Positions 1 through 9,391 of a stretch of 64,000 nt of DNA are shown here, one piece after another. The DNA comes from an uncultured Ktedonobacterales bacterium. GTDB lineage: Bacteria; Chloroflexota; Ktedonobacteria; Ktedonobacterales; Ktedonobacteraceae. The notes beneath the pieces are model-generated. The model saw nothing but the letters and a program-made list of their open reading frames with translations. It was not told where the DNA came from and did no database searches. Numbering within the stretch: the first letter of the stretch is position 1; each line of letters starts with the position of its first letter. The DNA lies in assembly GCA_964657325.1 (NCBI GenBank), contig CAZZVE010000006.1:8188-72187 (forward strand). The letters are read 5' to 3'. Position numbers and translations under genes: made by a program.

Positions 1-310
1 CACAGTTTCGGGCGCGCCCAAGATTCGTGCAATGGAGATTATCAGTGAGCTAGAGGGTGAGCAACGCGGTATCTACGCGGGTGCCGTTGGTTATTTCAGT
101 CATTCAGGCAACCAGGAAACCGCGATTGCCTTGCGTACAATGGTCATAAAGAATGGTCGTGCCTATATTCAGGCAGGATGTGGAGTCGTTGCCGACTCCG
201 ACCCCTCTACTGAATATCAGGAAAGTCTGAACAAAGCAAAAGCCTTATTACGTGCCCTTGATGAAGCCGAGCTTATTGCCAAAACACACAGAGAAGGGGG
301 AGGAGATTAG
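1..310 (+). CDS. trpE: anthranilate synthase component I, C-terminal fragment (5' end outside window)
   Basis: The frame is open from the window edge. The translation ..[36 protein letters not shown].. is the conserved TrpE C-terminal core. TAG at 308-310, with trpG starting 2 nt later. Confidence 0.9.
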   Translation, partial: TVSGAPKIRAMEIISELEGEQRGIYAGAVGYFSHSGNQETAIALRTMVIKNGRAYIQAGCGVVADSDPSTEYQESLNKAKALLRALDEAELIAKTHREGGGD

Positions 311-312
311 TT

Positions 313-876
313 ATGTTACTACTCCTTGATAACTACGACAGCTTTACCTATAACCTGTACCAATATCTCTCGGAACTCGGTGCCGATGTGCAAGTACACC
401 GCAATGACCAGATTACGCTCGACGAAATTGAGGTATTGCAACCGAGTCACATCGTCGTCTCGCCTGGACCATGTACACCAAATGAAGCTGGACTTTCATG
501 CCAGGTTATCGAGACCTTTGGGCCTCGTATTCCATTACTTGGAGTTTGCCTCGGTCATCAATCAATTGGACAGGTCTATGGAGGGCGCGTCATTCGAGCA
601 CCAGAGCCTATGCATGGCAAAACATCGCCAATGCATCATTCTGAACAGGGAGTATTTCGCGGCTTACCACAACCGTTCGATGCAAACCGTTATCATAGCC
701 TCATCGTCGAACGTGCATCCCTACCAGGTGTGTTAGAGATTACTGCTGAAACAGAGGATGGTCTCATCATGGGTCTCAAGCATCGTACCTATCCCGTTGA
801 AGGTGTGCAGTTTCATCCAGAGTCGATTATGACCCCTGTTGGTAAGGACCTGCTACGAAATTTTCTTGAGCGATAA
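313..876 (+). CDS. trpG: anthranilate synthase component II (glutamine amidotransferase)
   Basis: 187-aa ORF with a GGAGA RBS. Class-I GATase motifs LGVCLGHQ and FHPES are present. It lies between trpE and trpD. Confidence 0.93.
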   Translation: MLLLLDNYDSFTYNLYQYLSELGADVQVHRNDQITLDEIEVLQPSHIVVSPGPCTPNEAGLSCQVIETFGPRIPLLGVCLGHQSIGQVYGGRVIRAPEPMHGKTSPMHHSEQGVFRGLPQPFDANRYHSLIVERASLPGVLEITAETEDGLIMGLKHRTYPVEGVQFHPESIMTPVGKDLLRNFLER

Positions 877-929
877 ACATACTATGTAGGGTGCAATTGA
901 TTGCGCACTACATAATAAAGGAGGGTTCT

Positions 930-1982
930 ATGATTCGAGAGGCTATTACTCATGTCGCAGCCGGAGCTACACTCAGCGAGGCCGAAGCAGCAGCAGTGAT
1001 GGAAGAGATTATGACTGGTACCGCAACGTCTTCACAGATGGGTGCGTTTCTTACGGCCCTACATCTACGTACAGGTCATGAAACCGTCGCGGAAATCGCG
1101 GGTATGGCGCGTGTCATGCGCGAAAAGGCGGTCCATGTCCACCTTGATGAGGACATAGCCAAGCATGCGATGGACACCTGTGGCACGGGGGGCGATGGCT
1201 CAGGCACATTCAACGTCTCAACGGCGGCTGGCATCGTAGCAGCCGCAACAGGAGCATCGGTCGCGAAACACGGCAATCGTTCCGCTACAAGTCGTTGTGG
1301 TAGTGCCGACGTATTAGAAGCGTTGGGAGCGAAGATTGATCTCGGACCTGAACAGGTCGCCCGGTGTGTGCAAGAAGTTGGCTTTGGTTTCATGTTCGCA
1401 CCAGCATTTCATCCAGCGATGAAGCACGTGGGTCCAACACGCCGAGAAATTGGTATTCGTACCGTCTTCAATATTCTCGGTCCACTCACCAATCCAGCAC
1501 ACGCGCAATATCAAGTGCTTGGTGTCGCTGATGGCTCTCTGTTACGTAAAATGGGTGAGGTTTTGTTACATCTTGGCTGCCAGCACGCTCTAATTGTACA
1601 TGGCGAAGATGGCCTTGATGAATGTTCGCTTAGTGCTCCCACGCATATTTGCGAAGTGCGTCAGGGCGAGGAGTTGCGCGAATACACAATCACGCCAGAA
1701 GAGGTGGGACTAACCAGCATCACAGACCGTCAAGCATTCCAGGGAGGCGATCCGGCACATAATGCCATACTCCTGCGCGAGTTGTTGAGTAGCTACGTCG
1801 ATGTACCAGCAACGCATATGCTGTGCTTGAACGCAGGGGCTGCTCTGCTTGCCAATGAGCAGGTCGAAACGCTGGCCGATGGTGTCAAATTAGCGCGTGC
1901 CACATTACGTGAGGGCAAGGCCAAGCACAAGCTTGCTGATGTCATTGCCTGCACACAACGGCAGGTGTCCCATGTTTCTTGA
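930..1982 (+). CDS. trpD: anthranilate phosphoribosyltransferase
   Basis: AGGAGG RBS just upstream of ATG 930, whereas the ORF-track start at 891 has no RBS. Motifs CGTGGDGSGTFNVST and KHGNRS are typical of TrpD. Confidence 0.92.
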   Translation: MIREAITHVAAGATLSEAEAAAVMEEIMTGTATSSQMGAFLTALHLRTGHETVAEIAGMARVMREKAVHVHLDEDIAKHAMDTCGTGGDGSGTFNVSTAAGIVAAATGASVAKHGNRSATSRCGSADVLEALGAKIDLGPEQVARCVQEVGFGFMFAPAFHPAMKHVGPTRREIGIRTVFNILGPLTNPAHAQYQVLGVADGSLLRKMGEVLLHLGCQHALIVHGEDGLDECSLSAPTHICEVRQGEELREYTITPEEVGLTSITDRQAFQGGDPAHNAILLRELLSSYVDVPATHMLCLNAGAALLANEQVETLADGVKLARATLREGKAKHKLADVIACTQRQVSHVS

Positions 1983-3417
1983 ACGCATTGTAACTCAAAC
2001 ACGCGCCGACTTAGTACAGCGCAAAATTGACCACCCGCTAGCAGAGCTACAGCATTTGGCTGCTGAACAAGCACCGCCGCGTGATTTCGTAGCAGCCTTC
2101 ACACCGCGTTCGCGTGTCCACTTAATAGCGGAGGTCAAACGTGCGTCGCCTTCAAAAGGATTGCTTGCACCGCACTTGAATCCGGTGGAACTTGCACGAA
2201 CCTACGAGGTAAATGGTGCGTCGGTTATCTCTGTCCTGACCGAGCCGCATTTCTTTCTTGGCTCGCCCGAATACCTTACGTCTATCAAGCAGGCTGTACA
2301 TATTCCAGTATTGCGCAAAGACTTTATTGTTGACGACTATCAGGTTTACGAAGCACGCGCATGGGGAGCTGATGCTATCCTGCTCATCTGTGCCATCCTA
2401 GACGATACACTACTACAGCATCTGCTCTCAGTTGCACATGAACTGCATATGCATTGTCTTGTCGAGGTCCATAGTCGTGAAGAGGCTCAACGTGCTGTAG
2501 ACGCCGGAGCGATGGTCATTGGTGTTAACAGTCGTGACCTTACTACCTTCAAGATGAATCCATACCTTATACGCGACATTCGCTCCGTCATTCCTGCAAA
2601 TCGAGTCGTCATAGCTGAAAGTGGCATTTCTTCAGCAAGCGATGCACGCAGGCTAGCACGCTATGACGTACAAGGTATGCTTGTTGGCGAGTCGCTTGTC
2701 ATCTCAAACGATGTGCCAGCACAGTTGCAGATGCTTTTACAGGGGGCAAACGCAAGTACGCAAGTAAAAATCTGTGGTCTCCGTCATCCTGAATCTATAC
2801 AGGCAGCCATAGAAGCGAGTGCCGATATGCTAGGATTCATTTTCTATGAGCCTAGCCATCGCTACATTCAACCTCGACATGTTCAGGAGGCTCTTGCAAC
2901 TGCTCTTTCGATGTTAAAAGAGCAGGTACAGCCTGATCTTGTTGGTGTCTTTGTCAACAAAGAAATTAACTTCATCAATGATGTGGTTGAGGAAGCCAAG
3001 TTACACTACGTGCAACTACACGGTACAGAGTCGCCCGAATTTTGCCAGCAGATTAGGCGACCTGTAATTAAAGCTATTCCACTCAGGAACGCGGAGGACC
3101 TTGCACAAGTGACACAATATAAAGATGTTGTGTGGCGTCTTCTGCTCGATACACCCACTCCTGAATGGGGAGGAACAGGCGTAGCACATGATTGGGAGTT
3201 GGCCAGCACTATCGCACAACAGACACGCATCCTCTTAGCGGGAGGCTTGACACCAGAAAACGTTGCACAGGCACTTCAGCAGGTTTCCCCGTGGGGCGTC
3301 GATGTCAGTAGCGGCGTCGAGACGCAAAAACAAAAAGATAATCAAAAAATACGTACGTTCATTGAGAATGTTCGCGCAACAACGATAAAGAAGGAAGAGC
3401 ATGCAAATCCAAGATAA
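1972..3417 (+). CDS. trpC: bifunctional indole-3-glycerol-phosphate synthase / phosphoribosylanthranilate isomerase
   Basis: The N-terminal half is IGPS-like ([19 protein letters not shown]). The C-terminal half is PRAI-like (VKICGL.., [20 protein letters not shown]). ATG 1972 overlaps the trpD stop by 11 nt. Confidence 0.9.
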   Translation: MFLERIVTQTRADLVQRKIDHPLAELQHLAAEQAPPRDFVAAFTPRSRVHLIAEVKRASPSKGLLAPHLNPVELARTYEVNGASVISVLTEPHFFLGSPEYLTSIKQAVHIPVLRKDFIVDDYQVYEARAWGADAILLICAILDDTLLQHLLSVAHELHMHCLVEVHSREEAQRAVDAGAMVIGVNSRDLTTFKMNPYLIRDIRSVIPANRVVIAESGISSASDARRLARYDVQGMLVGESLVISNDVPAQLQMLLQGANASTQVKICGLRHPESIQAAIEASADMLGFIFYEPSHRYIQPRHVQEALATALSMLKEQVQPDLVGVFVNKEINFINDVVEEAKLHYVQLHGTESPEFCQQIRRPVIKAIPLRNAEDLAQVTQYKDVVWRLLLDTPTPEWGGTGVAHDWELASTIAQQTRILLAGGLTPENVAQALQQVSPWGVDVSSGVETQKQKDNQKIRTFIENVRATTIKKEEHANPR

Positions 3418-4633
3418 AGCACCCTATCAGCATAATGTCTACCCCGATGAGCGTGGACGCTTCGGCGCGTTCGGTGGTAGATTTGTCCCCGAAAGCCTCA
3501 TGTCTGCATTGACAGAACTAGAGGATGCGTATAATCAATCACAGCATGATGCCGAATTTCAGGCTGAGCTAGCAGCACAACTGCACAGTTTTGTTGGTCG
3601 TCCTACGACTCTCCATTATGTGCCACGCTTCTCCGCACTGGTCGCGCCCGATGTGAAGGTGTATCTCAAACGTGAAGACCTCGCACATACAGGAGCACAC
3701 AAAATCAATAACGCGCTTGGACAGGGCTTGCTCGCAAAGCGCATGGGTAAGAAGCGTATCATCGCAGAGACAGGCGCGGGACAGCACGGTGTAGCAACCG
3801 CAACAGTGTGTGCGATGCTCGGTCTCGAATGTATCGTCTATATGGGCGATGTGGATATCGAACGTCAATCGCTGAACGTCTTTCGTATGAAGTTACTGGG
3901 TGCCAAGGTGGAACCTGTCAGCAGTGGCACACGCACATTGAAAGATGCCACCAATGAAGCTATTCGTGATTGGGTAACAAATGTAGAGACAACCTACTAC
4001 ATTATTGGCTCCGCCGTTGGCCCACATCCCTACCCACGTATCGTGCGTGACTATCAATCCATTATTGGTATCGAAGCACGGAAACAGGTTTTGCAACAGG
4101 CTGGACGTTTGCCCGATATGATTATCGCCTGTGTCGGTGGTGGCAGTAACGCGATAGGCATGTTCTATCCCTTCGCGGACGCAGCAGAAGTGAAGCTACT
4201 TGGAGTCGAGGCTGGTGGTTCAAGCTCGAAAGTAGGAGAACATGCCGCCACACTTTCACTAGGAACACCCGGCGTGTTGCATGGCGCGTTGAGCTATCTG
4301 CTACAAAACGAAGATGGGCAGGTACTTGACACACAAAGCATCTCGGCTGGTCTCGACTATCCAGGCGTTGGGCCAGAGCACAGCTACATGCATGACTCAG
4401 GACGTGCGACCTATGTCTCAGCAACCGATGCCAGCGCGCTACGTGGTCTGCAAGCATTAAGCCAGACCGAGGGTATCATTCCAGCATTGGAACCCGCCCA
4501 CGCACTTGGTTATCTATTAGAAATGGGCGAACAGGGCAAGGTTCCCGCCAACTCGCTGATCGTTGTCAACCTTTCCGGGCGCGGTGATAAAGACGTAATC
4601 ACAGTGGCAAAAGCATTGAATGTGAATTTGTAG
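3401..4633 (+). CDS. trpB: tryptophan synthase beta chain
   Basis: PLP-lysine motif HTGAHKINN plus GGGSNAIG. The start overlaps the trpCF 3' end by 17 nt. Confidence 0.95.
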   Translation: MQIQDKAPYQHNVYPDERGRFGAFGGRFVPESLMSALTELEDAYNQSQHDAEFQAELAAQLHSFVGRPTTLHYVPRFSALVAPDVKVYLKREDLAHTGAHKINNALGQGLLAKRMGKKRIIAETGAGQHGVATATVCAMLGLECIVYMGDVDIERQSLNVFRMKLLGAKVEPVSSGTRTLKDATNEAIRDWVTNVETTYYIIGSAVGPHPYPRIVRDYQSIIGIEARKQVLQQAGRLPDMIIACVGGGSNAIGMFYPFADAAEVKLLGVEAGGSSSKVGEHAATLSLGTPGVLHGALSYLLQNEDGQVLDTQSISAGLDYPGVGPEHSYMHDSGRATYVSATDASALRGLQALSQTEGIIPALEPAHALGYLLEMGEQGKVPANSLIVVNLSGRGDKDVITVAKALNVNL

Positions 4634-4657
4634 AAGAAGGCGATAAGAAGGTTAGAG

Positions 4658-5317
4658 ATGACACAACTGATTGATCTCAGTCATTCACTTGAGCAGGGTA
4701 TGCCTGCGTATCCAGGATTGCTAGAGCCAAACTTTCGTACGTGGTTCACGCATGATGAAAGTGCAAGCCGAGGCTCGTATGCACCTGGGACAACATTTCA
4801 AATTGCGACCTATGATATAGGCGGGAATACAGGTACCTATGTCGATGCGCCCTTTCATCGCCATCCACAGGGCCATGATCTCGCGACACTACGCCTTGAG
4901 CAGTTAGCGAACATACCAGGAATTGTTGTTCCAGTTTTACATGATGGTGCGATAGGACCAGAGGTATTTCAAGGGCTTAACCTTGCACAAAAAGCTGTGC
5001 TTATTCGTACTGCTTGGTCAACACGTTGGGGAAGCTCTGATTATTTCCGCTCCGGTCCGTTTTTGACAGCAGAAGCCTCAAGTTTTCTGGTAGAGGCAAA
5101 CGTTACACTCGTAGGTATAGACTGTGCGAATATAGACGACATGAGCGATACTACAAGGCCAGCACACACAATTCTACTCGCGGCAGATATACCGATTGTG
5201 GAACACCTCTGCAATATGAAGCAACTTTCGACACCCAACTTTCGCTTTTTCGCCGTCCCACCAGCAATTCAAGGTGGTACATCGTTTCCAATACGCGCCT
5301 TCGCAATCAGCGAATAA
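4658..5317 (+). CDS. cyclase-family protein (kynurenine formamidase/arylformamidase-like fold), degenerate metal motif
   Basis: LIDLSHSLEQGMPAYPG and GNTGTYVDAPFH align to the cyclase-family DLSH and HxGTHxDxPxH motifs. AAGAAGG RBS. 219 aa. Confidence 0.75.
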   Translation: MTQLIDLSHSLEQGMPAYPGLLEPNFRTWFTHDESASRGSYAPGTTFQIATYDIGGNTGTYVDAPFHRHPQGHDLATLRLEQLANIPGIVVPVLHDGAIGPEVFQGLNLAQKAVLIRTAWSTRWGSSDYFRSGPFLTAEASSFLVEANVTLVGIDCANIDDMSDTTRPAHTILLAADIPIVEHLCNMKQLSTPNFRFFAVPPAIQGGTSFPIRAFAISE

Positions 5318-5320
5318 AGA

Positions 5321-5392
5321 TGTAGGGACCGTTGTATCGCGTCCTCGTTCGGCATTGGTAAGCCAGAAGGGCGCGATACGTCGGTCCCTACA
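5321..5392. repeat. imperfect palindromic intergenic element (GTAGGGACCG ... CGGTCCCTAC arms)
   Basis: TGTAGGGACCG at 5321-5331 pairs with CGGTCCCTACA at 5382-5392. Inner arms GTATCGCGTCC / GGGCGCGATAC have 1 mismatch. The same core recurs at 61001/61177. Confidence 0.85.
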
Positions 5393-5421
5393 TATGAAAT
5401 ACCTTATAGGAGAAAAGAATC

Positions 5422-6279
5422 ATGGGACTTACTCAAGGTGTTACCGTAAACAACTCAGACACTTTAAACACAACGCCAGCCGCAAAAATCACACAAGCCT
5501 TTACGAATGCGCGACAGGCAAAACGTGGTGTCCTTATTCCATACTTTATGTGCGGCTATCCTTCGGCTGAACAAAGTGTCGAAATCGTGCTTGCCGCCGC
5601 AGAGGGTGGCGCGGACATCATCGAGCTAGGTATGCCCTTTAGCGATCCACTTGCGGATGGGGCAACTATTCAACATGCAGGACACGTTGCGCTAGAGCAC
5701 GGGATGAGCATTCGCGGCTGTATGGAGATTGCGCATCGAGTTTCAGCAAAGAGTGCTGTTCCCCTACTATTGATGGGATACTATAACCCGGTTATGGCCT
5801 ATGGATTGGCGCGTTTTTGTGTAGACGCGAAAGCCAACGGCGTCAATGGTCTTATCATTCCTGATTTACCGATGGAAGAGGCTCAGCCGTTACTTGAAGA
5901 GGTGAAAAAGAACGGTCTTGCCCTGATCTTCTTGATACCACCAACGACACCAGATGAGCGTATCGCAAAAGTTGCGGAGCTTACAGCAAGCGAAACGGGC
6001 GGTTTTGTCTATTGTGTCTCGCTCAGTGGTGTTACAGGTTCGCGTACATCACTACCAACACATCTACGAAGCTTTATTGAACGCGTCAAAAGCTATACAA
6101 AGGATTTGCCAATAGCGATTGGCTTTGGCTTGTCAACGCCTGAACATATCGCCGAAGTTACAAGTTATGCCGATGGTGCCGTTGTTGGCAGTGCGCTCGT
6201 ACACCTGATTGATCGGCACGCAGACGGAACGCAAGCTGAAGCTGTGAGGCATTATATTCAGAGTCTTCACCAAAAATAG
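5422..6279 (+). CDS. trpA: tryptophan synthase alpha chain
   Basis: AGGAGA RBS. Motifs ELGMPFSDPLADG, GYYNP and SLSGVTG are typical of TrpA. Confidence 0.93.
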   Translation: MGLTQGVTVNNSDTLNTTPAAKITQAFTNARQAKRGVLIPYFMCGYPSAEQSVEIVLAAAEGGADIIELGMPFSDPLADGATIQHAGHVALEHGMSIRGCMEIAHRVSAKSAVPLLLMGYYNPVMAYGLARFCVDAKANGVNGLIIPDLPMEEAQPLLEEVKKNGLALIFLIPPTTPDERIAKVAELTASETGGFVYCVSLSGVTGSRTSLPTHLRSFIERVKSYTKDLPIAIGFGLSTPEHIAEVTSYADGAVVGSALVHLIDRHADGTQAEAVRHYIQSLHQK

Positions 6280-6543
6280 GAGATTATCCACCTTTCCCGT
6301 TTCGTTGTTACAACAGCATATAAGCTTGCTTCTAATGTACGCCTAAGCGTTTTCAATACGTTCGCAAGATAGTTACATGTATGGGCAAGCTAAAATTGTA
6401 GCAATGTGATATTGTCTACAGAGAAAGAAGGACTTTGACGACTTCACAATCCTGTAAAATGTTGATTGCCTTATAATGAGCTGCTTGTAGGTATTAAGTG
6501 CTCTCATTTTCACGCGAGGAGGTCGTCTTAAAAAAGGATTTAA

Positions 6544-6945
6544 ATGATTATGAACTCAAACCAACTATATCGTATTCTTGTCGTGAATCGTTCTTTGGAT
6601 GTCCTAAACCTTTTCCATGACATTCTTGACGAGCAGGGATATGAGGTCGAGCTATCGAACTACACGTTTGAAAGTCTGACAACCATTGAGAAGTTACAGC
6701 CTCATCTAATCATCCTAGACTTTGCAAAAGATGGAACTGAGGAAGAATGGCAATTGCTGAAAATGCTCAAACTCTATCCCCCTGTAGCGTCCGTTCCCGT
6801 TCTGCTTTGTATGTCTCCATTGCATCTCGTACAGAACGCGGAAGACCGCTTCCTACAAAAAAATATTCGGCTACTTTTTAACCCGATTGATAAGGATGAA
6901 TTGATAACTGTAGTGCACCAAATGCTTTCATCCACTTCCCAATAA
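6544..6945 (+). CDS. single-domain response-regulator receiver-like protein (probable pseudo-receiver)
   Basis: Shows a CheY-like alternating pattern. ILVVNRS replaces the DD pocket, HLIILDF retains the phospho-acceptor Asp position, and LLFNPID replaces KPF. AAGGA RBS. Confidence 0.6.
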   Translation: MIMNSNQLYRILVVNRSLDVLNLFHDILDEQGYEVELSNYTFESLTTIEKLQPHLIILDFAKDGTEEEWQLLKMLKLYPPVASVPVLLCMSPLHLVQNAEDRFLQKNIRLLFNPIDKDELITVVHQMLSSTSQ

Positions 6946-7237
6946 TTGCTATACAACAAAGAAAATATCTTAACTTTTGAGAGTGTGATGGAAAGGCTGA
7001 ATTTCCTGTCTTTCTAAATGGGACATAACAATTTCATATGGATATTCTATAAACACGAACGAATGGTCAATAGCTACTACACATATACCCTCGTTACGAG
7101 ATACAGTGTACACTTGAGAACAATCAGGTATAGTGCATGCTTGCCATCATCTCGTACAATAGGCATACTTGCGTTTAACTACTTCTGCAAGGGAGTGTAA
7201 GAGGTAGGCATGCAAGCAGAAAGGGGTATGTGTCAGT

Positions 7238-7609
7238 ATGTATTGTCGAGGCATCCGAGGTGCAACAACTGTCGAGCTCAACGACCGCGAGGAGATTCTC
7301 GCGGCAACAACAGAACTGTTACAGTTACTTATAGAGCGCAATGAACTACAAACAGAAGATGTTACCAGCGCGATCTTCACTATGACAGAGGATTTGAATG
7401 CGGAATTTCCCGCGCTCGCGGCACGCGCACTGGGTTGGACAGAGACAGCATTGATGTGTATGCGTGAAATACCTGTTCCAGGCAGTCTAGGCAAGTGTAT
7501 CCGTATCCTCTTACAAGTGAACACAGAACGCAGCGCATCGGATATACAACACATCTATATTCGGAATGCGGTGAACCTGCGTCCAAGTTTCAGTAGCAAA
7601 AACAGTTAA
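7238..7609 (+). CDS. aroH: chorismate mutase, AroH class
   Basis: The start [12 protein letters not shown] and the motifs [15 protein letters not shown] and KCIRILL.V closely parallel the Bacillus subtilis AroH sequence as I remember it. Confidence 0.9.
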   Translation: MYCRGIRGATTVELNDREEILAATTELLQLLIERNELQTEDVTSAIFTMTEDLNAEFPALAARALGWTETALMCMREIPVPGSLGKCIRILLQVNTERSASDIQHIYIRNAVNLRPSFSSKNS

Positions 7610-7743
7610 CCGACCGTCTCTGTAAGAGATACATAGTAGTAAGAGTATCAGGCAATCATGACAATGGCGTTACGATGTGCCGAAGTTCTGGCAGTTTGTA
7701 CGCCAGTTTTGTTTTATTGAGTTTCCATAAAGGAGCCATTTTC

Positions 7744-8823
7744 ATGATCGTCGTGATGAAGTCGTCAAGTAGTGATGAACAGATCAACCATGTAATGTCG
7801 TTTTTGTCGAAGCATGGCTTATCGGGTCATCCTTCAATCGGTGTTGAACGTACCATTATCGGTGTACTAGGTGCGGTTGGACCTTCTGGTGCGCCCGGAA
7901 GTATTGGCGGTATTAATCCCGCGTTAGGTGAGTCATTGGAAGGGTTGCCAGGGGTGGAGAGTGTGCTGCGCGTTTCCAAACCATATAAACTTGCCAGCCG
8001 CGAGTTTCATCCTCAAGACACTATCGTCGATATTCCAGTCGCATGCGTTCAAGAGGGTGTTGTACATGTCGGTGGCAAAGAAGTAGTCATGATGGCTGGT
8101 CCTTGCACAGTCGAGAGCGAAGAGCAACTTATGACGACCGCCGAGGCTGTACGTAAAGAGGGTGCTGTTATTCTGCGTGGAGGTGCCTTCAAGCCTTCAA
8201 CCTCACCCTATGGCTTCCGCGGCATGGGCGAAGCTGGTCTGAAACTGCTGGCGAAAGCACGTGCTGAGTTTGGCATGGCGATCATCACCGAGGTCATGAC
8301 TCCTACCGATGTACCAATGGTATGCGAATACGCTGATATTCTGCAAATCGGCACACGCAATATGCAGAACTACATGCTGCTCGACGAAGTTGGGCGCACG
8401 AACACGCCTGTCGTCCTCAAACGCGGTATGTCAGCAACCTTTGAGGAGTGGCTGCTTGCGGCTGAATATATTCTCTCACAAGGCAATCGCAATGTTATTC
8501 TGTGCGAGCGCGGTATCCGTACATTCGAGAAAATCACGCGCAACACAATGGATATCAGTGCCATTCCGCTCATCAAGCAACTTTCGCACCTGCCGATTAT
8601 CTCTGATCCCAGTCAGGGGACAGGTCGCCGTGACCTCGTTGGTCCAATGTCGCTCGCGTCCGTCGCCGTCGGAACCGACGCTCTGCTGATAGAGGTTCAC
8701 CCTAACCCCGATGAGGCATTGAAAGATGGAGCACAATCGCTCACCATCGAGCAGTTCCGAGAACTGATGCCTCAGGTTGAAAAAGTCGCCGCTGCTATTG
8801 GGCGCACGTTTGTGAAAGAGTAG
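7744..8823 (+). CDS. aroF: 3-deoxy-7-phosphoheptulonate (DAHP) synthase, type I-beta with N-terminal ferredoxin-like regulatory domain
   Basis: AAAGGAG RBS before ATG 7744. The N-terminus [31 protein letters not shown] resembles the Thermotoga-type FL domain. The catalytic barrel motifs are [19 protein letters not shown] and KRG. Confidence 0.92.
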   Translation: MIVVMKSSSSDEQINHVMSFLSKHGLSGHPSIGVERTIIGVLGAVGPSGAPGSIGGINPALGESLEGLPGVESVLRVSKPYKLASREFHPQDTIVDIPVACVQEGVVHVGGKEVVMMAGPCTVESEEQLMTTAEAVRKEGAVILRGGAFKPSTSPYGFRGMGEAGLKLLAKARAEFGMAIITEVMTPTDVPMVCEYADILQIGTRNMQNYMLLDEVGRTNTPVVLKRGMSATFEEWLLAAEYILSQGNRNVILCERGIRTFEKITRNTMDISAIPLIKQLSHLPIISDPSQGTGRRDLVGPMSLASVAVGTDALLIEVHPNPDEALKDGAQSLTIEQFRELMPQVEKVAAAIGRTFVKE

Positions 8824-8827
8824 TAGA

Positions 8828-8895
8828 GTAGACATCATGGGCAGAAAAGAGCGTAGGGATGCGTCCCTACGCTCTTTTCTGCCCATGATGTCTAC
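8828..8895. terminator. 32-bp perfect hairpin between convergent DAHP synthase and msrB
   Basis: 8828-8859 is the exact reverse complement of 8864-8895, with a 4-nt loop TGCG. There is no clear U-tract. The apex contains GTAGGGA/TCCCTAC. Confidence 0.7.
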
Positions 8896-8903
8896 CGTTT
8901 CTC

Positions 8904-9293
8904 TTATTTGGTGTCATGTAGAACTGGTGGTAACTCTTTGTCTTTGGCGATGAAGCGGATAGACAGTGAATTGACGCAATGCCGTGTATTCTTGTCGGTT
9001 AAACGCTCGCCCAAGAAGACGTGGCCCAGATGAGCACCACAGTTGGCGCATTCGATTTCTGTTCGGTAGCCATCTGGATCGGGCAGACGCTTGACCGCGT
9101 TAGGAAAATTCTCGTCAAAGCTAGGCCAGCCACAACCAGAGTCGAACTTTGCTTTCGCTGTGAAAAGCGGGTTGTTACAGCGACGACACACGTATGTGCC
9201 ATCCTTGAAAAAGTGGTCGTATTCGCCGCTGAACGGTCTTTCCGTGCCCTTATGTACAATGACGCGTTCTTCTTCAGCCGTTAATTTATTCAT
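8904..9293 (-). CDS. msrB: peptide-methionine (R)-S-oxide reductase
   Basis: Two CxxC pairs (CRRCNNPLF, CANCGAHLGHVF) and GCGWPSF. The start MNKLTAEE at 9293 is more likely than the ORF-track start at 9332. Confidence 0.9.
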   Translation of the reverse strand: MNKLTAEEERVIVHKGTERPFSGEYDHFFKDGTYVCRRCNNPLFTAKAKFDSGCGWPSFDENFPNAVKRLPDPDGYRTEIECANCGAHLGHVFLGERLTDKNTRHCVNSLSIRFIAKDKELPPVLHDTK

Positions 9294-9391
9294 GTTTTGC
9301 TCCAAGAGGAAATGTATAACTCTATATAACATTTGTATCTATGCTAGTACCAATGATAACACTCGTCAAGAATGATTCAATTCCTCTTCAT

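Noticed and set aside
326-736. 136-aa ORF in an alternative frame inside trpG
   Set aside because: It lies wholly within a gene whose own frame gives a textbook amidotransferase. It has no RBS and a low-complexity Ser/Thr/Cys-rich translation.
5274-5570. 98-aa ORF spanning the cyclase 3' end, the palindromic element and the trpA 5' end
   Set aside because: It crosses two well-supported genes and a repeat, and it is an artefact of the open frame through the palindrome.
6435-6477. Promoter-like hexamers (TTGACG, TTCACA, TAAAAT, TATAAT) upstream of the receiver-like gene
   Set aside because: No -35/-10 pair has acceptable spacing (the spacers are 14 or 23 nt). The hexamers are expected by chance in AT-rich DNA.
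6946-7237. Possible T-box or riboswitch leader upstream of aroH, and similarly the 79-nt gap upstream of argS (13146-13224)
   Set aside because: I could not find the T-box consensus (..GGGTGGTACCGCG-like) or a specifier/terminator architecture. The argS gap is too short. The ORFs 7018-7200 and 7147-7554 have no RBS and odd composition.
8476-8886. 136-aa minus-strand ORF antisense to the DAHP synthase gene
   Set aside because: It starts inside the terminator hairpin and runs antisense through a highly conserved gene. Its Arg/Ser-rich translation is typical of antisense frames.
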